This document shows, piece by piece, positions 62,394 through 64,000 of a stretch of 64,000 nt of DNA. A program made the position numbers and the translations under genes. How positions within the stretch are numbered: position 1 is the stretch's first letter; each line of letters begins with the position of its first letter. Below the pieces are notes generated by a model. It was not told the DNA's origin, made no database searches, and saw only the letters and a program-made list of their open reading frames with translations. Origin of the DNA: an uncultured Verrucomicrobiota bacterium (lineage in GTDB: Bacteria; Verrucomicrobiota; Kiritimatiellia; CAIKKV01; CAYSLU01); assembly GCA_964431965.1 (NCBI GenBank), contig CAYSLU010000004.1, positions 3,824-67,823 of the forward strand, given 5' to 3'.

Positions 62394-63044
62394 TTACTCC
62401 GCCGGCGGCGGGGGCGGCGGGGGCAGACCCGGCTGGTCCGGACCCTGAATGGGGGGCATCGCCGGCTGGCCGCCGCCCGGCTGCCGCTGGCCCCGGCGTC
62501 CGGCGCCGGATCCCATCCCTCCCTGGCCCCCCATCTCGGCCCGCCGGGCCTCCATGTGGGCGCGGATCATCTCGCGGGCCTTCTGCTGCTGCTCGGGGGT
62601 GAGGATCTTCCGGGCCGCCATCACCTGCTTGACGCGCAGCTTGGCGATCTCGGTCTGGATCGCGCCGCTCTCCTCGACCGCCTTCATCACGGCCGCCTCG
62701 TCGGGATCGGGCGCCGTCATGAGCTGCGCCTGCTGAAGCCCGGCCTTCTCGCGCTGCGCGTTGAGGTCGATCAGCTTCTGCTTCAGCTCAAAGCCCACCT
62801 TCCGCAGACTCTCCGTCTGGTTCGTCGTGAGGCCGAGCTCCTGGGCGATGCGCCCGTCTCCCGCGAGCCGCTCGAACAGCATGTCCTCGGGCGACTGCAT
62901 CGCCGAGCGATCCCGCATTCGCTCGCCGCCGCCCATGGGTCCGCCGCCCGCCGGGCCCCGGCCCGGCATCTGCTGCGCCAGAGCGGCACCGGCCGCCAGG
63001 CTCACCGTCAACGTCACGATCCTCCATGCCCTCGTCGCGCTCAT
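62394..63044 (-). CDS. Periplasmic LTXXQ-motif protein (Spy/CpxP-like)
   Basis: The track ORF is 62394..63080. Start at the ATG at 63044 (MSATRAWRIVTLTVSLAAGAALAQQ, a signal peptide, after GGGAGG). LTXXQ motifs (LGLTTNQTESL, ILTPEQQQKAREM). Gly/Pro-rich tail. Confidence 0.65.
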   Translation of the reverse strand: MSATRAWRIVTLTVSLAAGAALAQQMPGRGPAGGGPMGGGERMRDRSAMQSPEDMLFERLAGDGRIAQELGLTTNQTESLRKVGFELKQKLIDLNAQREKAGLQQAQLMTAPDPDEAAVMKAVEESGAIQTEIAKLRVKQVMAARKILTPEQQQKAREMIRAHMEARRAEMGGQGGMGSGAGRRGQRQPGGGQPAMPPIQGPDQPGLPPPPPPPAE

Positions 63045-63123
63045 GTCCGGCCTCCCTGCTGTTCTCGGTGTTTCGCTCAAACCATGCGGAAGACGTGCCG
63101 GCGTGCCCGATTATTGCAGCCCG

Positions 63124-64000
63124 TCACACCCGGAACGTCTTCGGGAGCGCCGCCAGGATGCGGCGGCCGGTCTTGGTGACGACCACCGTGTCCTCGATCC
63201 GCACCCCGCCCAGGTCCGGGTAGTAGAGGCCCGGCTCGATCGTCACGACGTGGCCGGGCCGCAGGCGCGTGTCGCCGCCGACGGCCGGCGCCTCGTGGAT
63301 CTCGAGGCCCACCCCGTGCCCGGTGCCGTGGATGAACCCGGCCGGCTGGCCGTTCATCTGAGTGGCGGCGAACCCGCGGCGGGCGAACTCGGCGACGACG
63401 GCCTCGTGGATGGCGCCGGCCCGCACCCCGGGCTTCACCAGGCGCAGCGCGAGCGCCTGGGCCGCGCGCACCGCCGCGTACATGGCGCGCAGGCGCGGCG
63501 GCGGCGCGCCGCGGACCACCGTGCGCGTGATGTCTCCCCAGTAGCCGTGCCGGAGGTTCTGGGGAAAGATATCCAGCACGATCGCCTCGCCGGCGCGCAG
63601 CGGGCCGTGCCCGCTCTCGTGCGGATCCGCGCCCTGGCGGCCGCCGGCCACGATGATCTCCTTCGCGAGGCAGTTGCGCTGCAGCAGGGTCCGCTGGACC
63701 TGCGCGCGCACGCGCTCCGACGTCAGCGCGCGTCCGCCGAGCACGAGCGCGCCGTTCCGCCCGATTCGCGCCGAGCGGATCATCGCGATCGCCGCACGCG
63801 TGCCCGCGACCGCCGCGCGCTGCGACTCCGATATCTTCGCGATCTCGTCCGCCCGCTTCCGCTCGCGGCCCGGAAGGAGCGCGCCGTCCGCCACGCGCAC
63901 CCGCACGCCGGACCGCGCCAGCCGGAGGGCGACGCCGTGGGGGAACCAGGGCGAAACGGTCACCGCGCGTGCGCCGGCGTGTCGAAGCACGCCCATCGCC
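63124..64000 (-). CDS. M24 family peptidase (Xaa-Pro aminopeptidase/creatinase-like), C-terminal part; 5' end beyond window
   Basis: Pita-bread fold metal-ligand blocks VLDIFPQNLRHGYWGDITRT, HGTGHGVGLEIHE and GVRIEDTVVVT. Confidence 0.8.
   Translation of the reverse strand, partial: AMGVLRHAGARAVTVSPWFPHGVALRLARSGVRVRVADGALLPGRERKRADEIAKISESQRAAVAGTRAAIAMIRSARIGRNGALVLGGRALTSERVRAQVQRTLLQRNCLAKEIIVAGGRQGADPHESGHGPLRAGEAIVLDIFPQNLRHGYWGDITRTVVRGAPPPRLRAMYAAVRAAQALALRLVKPGVRAGAIHEAVVAEFARRGFAATQMNGQPAGFIHGTGHGVGLEIHEAPAVGGDTRLRPGHVVTIEPGLYYPDLGGVRIEDTVVVTKTGRRILAALPKTFRV

Noticed and set aside
1-64000. Search for tRNA, rRNA and CRISPR arrays
   Set aside because: No T-loop/anticodon-like cloverleaf candidates and no regularly spaced short direct repeats with unique spacers. 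The only repeat families are the REP-like elements and the intragenic protein-coding repeats.

Overview
This is a 64 kb window of very high GC (roughly 70%) from a bacterial chromosome. The gene content is typical of a glycan-degrading Verrucomicrobia/Planctomycetes-type lineage. It is gene-dense, with about 45 CDS, many of them translationally coupled through ATGA/GTGA overlaps. No rRNA, tRNA or CRISPR was found.

The content is dominated by carbohydrate-active and secreted proteins:
- A minus-strand operon for sulfated-glycan breakdown: a BNR/sialidase-like protein, a heparinase II/III-like protein, a GH2, a formylglycine-type sulfatase with a CSPTR motif, and a pyruvyl transferase.
- A GH28, a GH172 (DUF2961), three paralogous DUF4838-like putative glycosidases and two large paralogous secreted proteins of unknown function.
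- LacI-family and GntR-family regulators, a passenger-associated-transport-repeat (PATR) beta-helix protein, an MFS permease, and a 1781-aa glycine-rich tandem-repeat secreted giant.

The accessory features are:
- A compact cryptic acyl/lipid-type biosynthetic cluster: acyl carrier protein (ACP), ketosynthase (KS), a KS-associated ORF, an acyl-AMP ligase, a hexapeptide-repeat acyltransferase, and a convergent B12-binding radical SAM enzyme.
- An NfeD-flotillin-WG-repeat operon.
- A DUF72 plus amidohydrolase trio.
- A low-GC islet carrying a class-II Fic protein.
- A REP-associated tyrosine transposase (RAYT) flanked by four copies of a ~95 bp double-hairpin REP-like element.

Housekeeping genes (tkt, murA, an M24 peptidase) close the window. 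Many long ORFs on the opposite strand of real genes are GC-driven shadow ORFs and were rejected.
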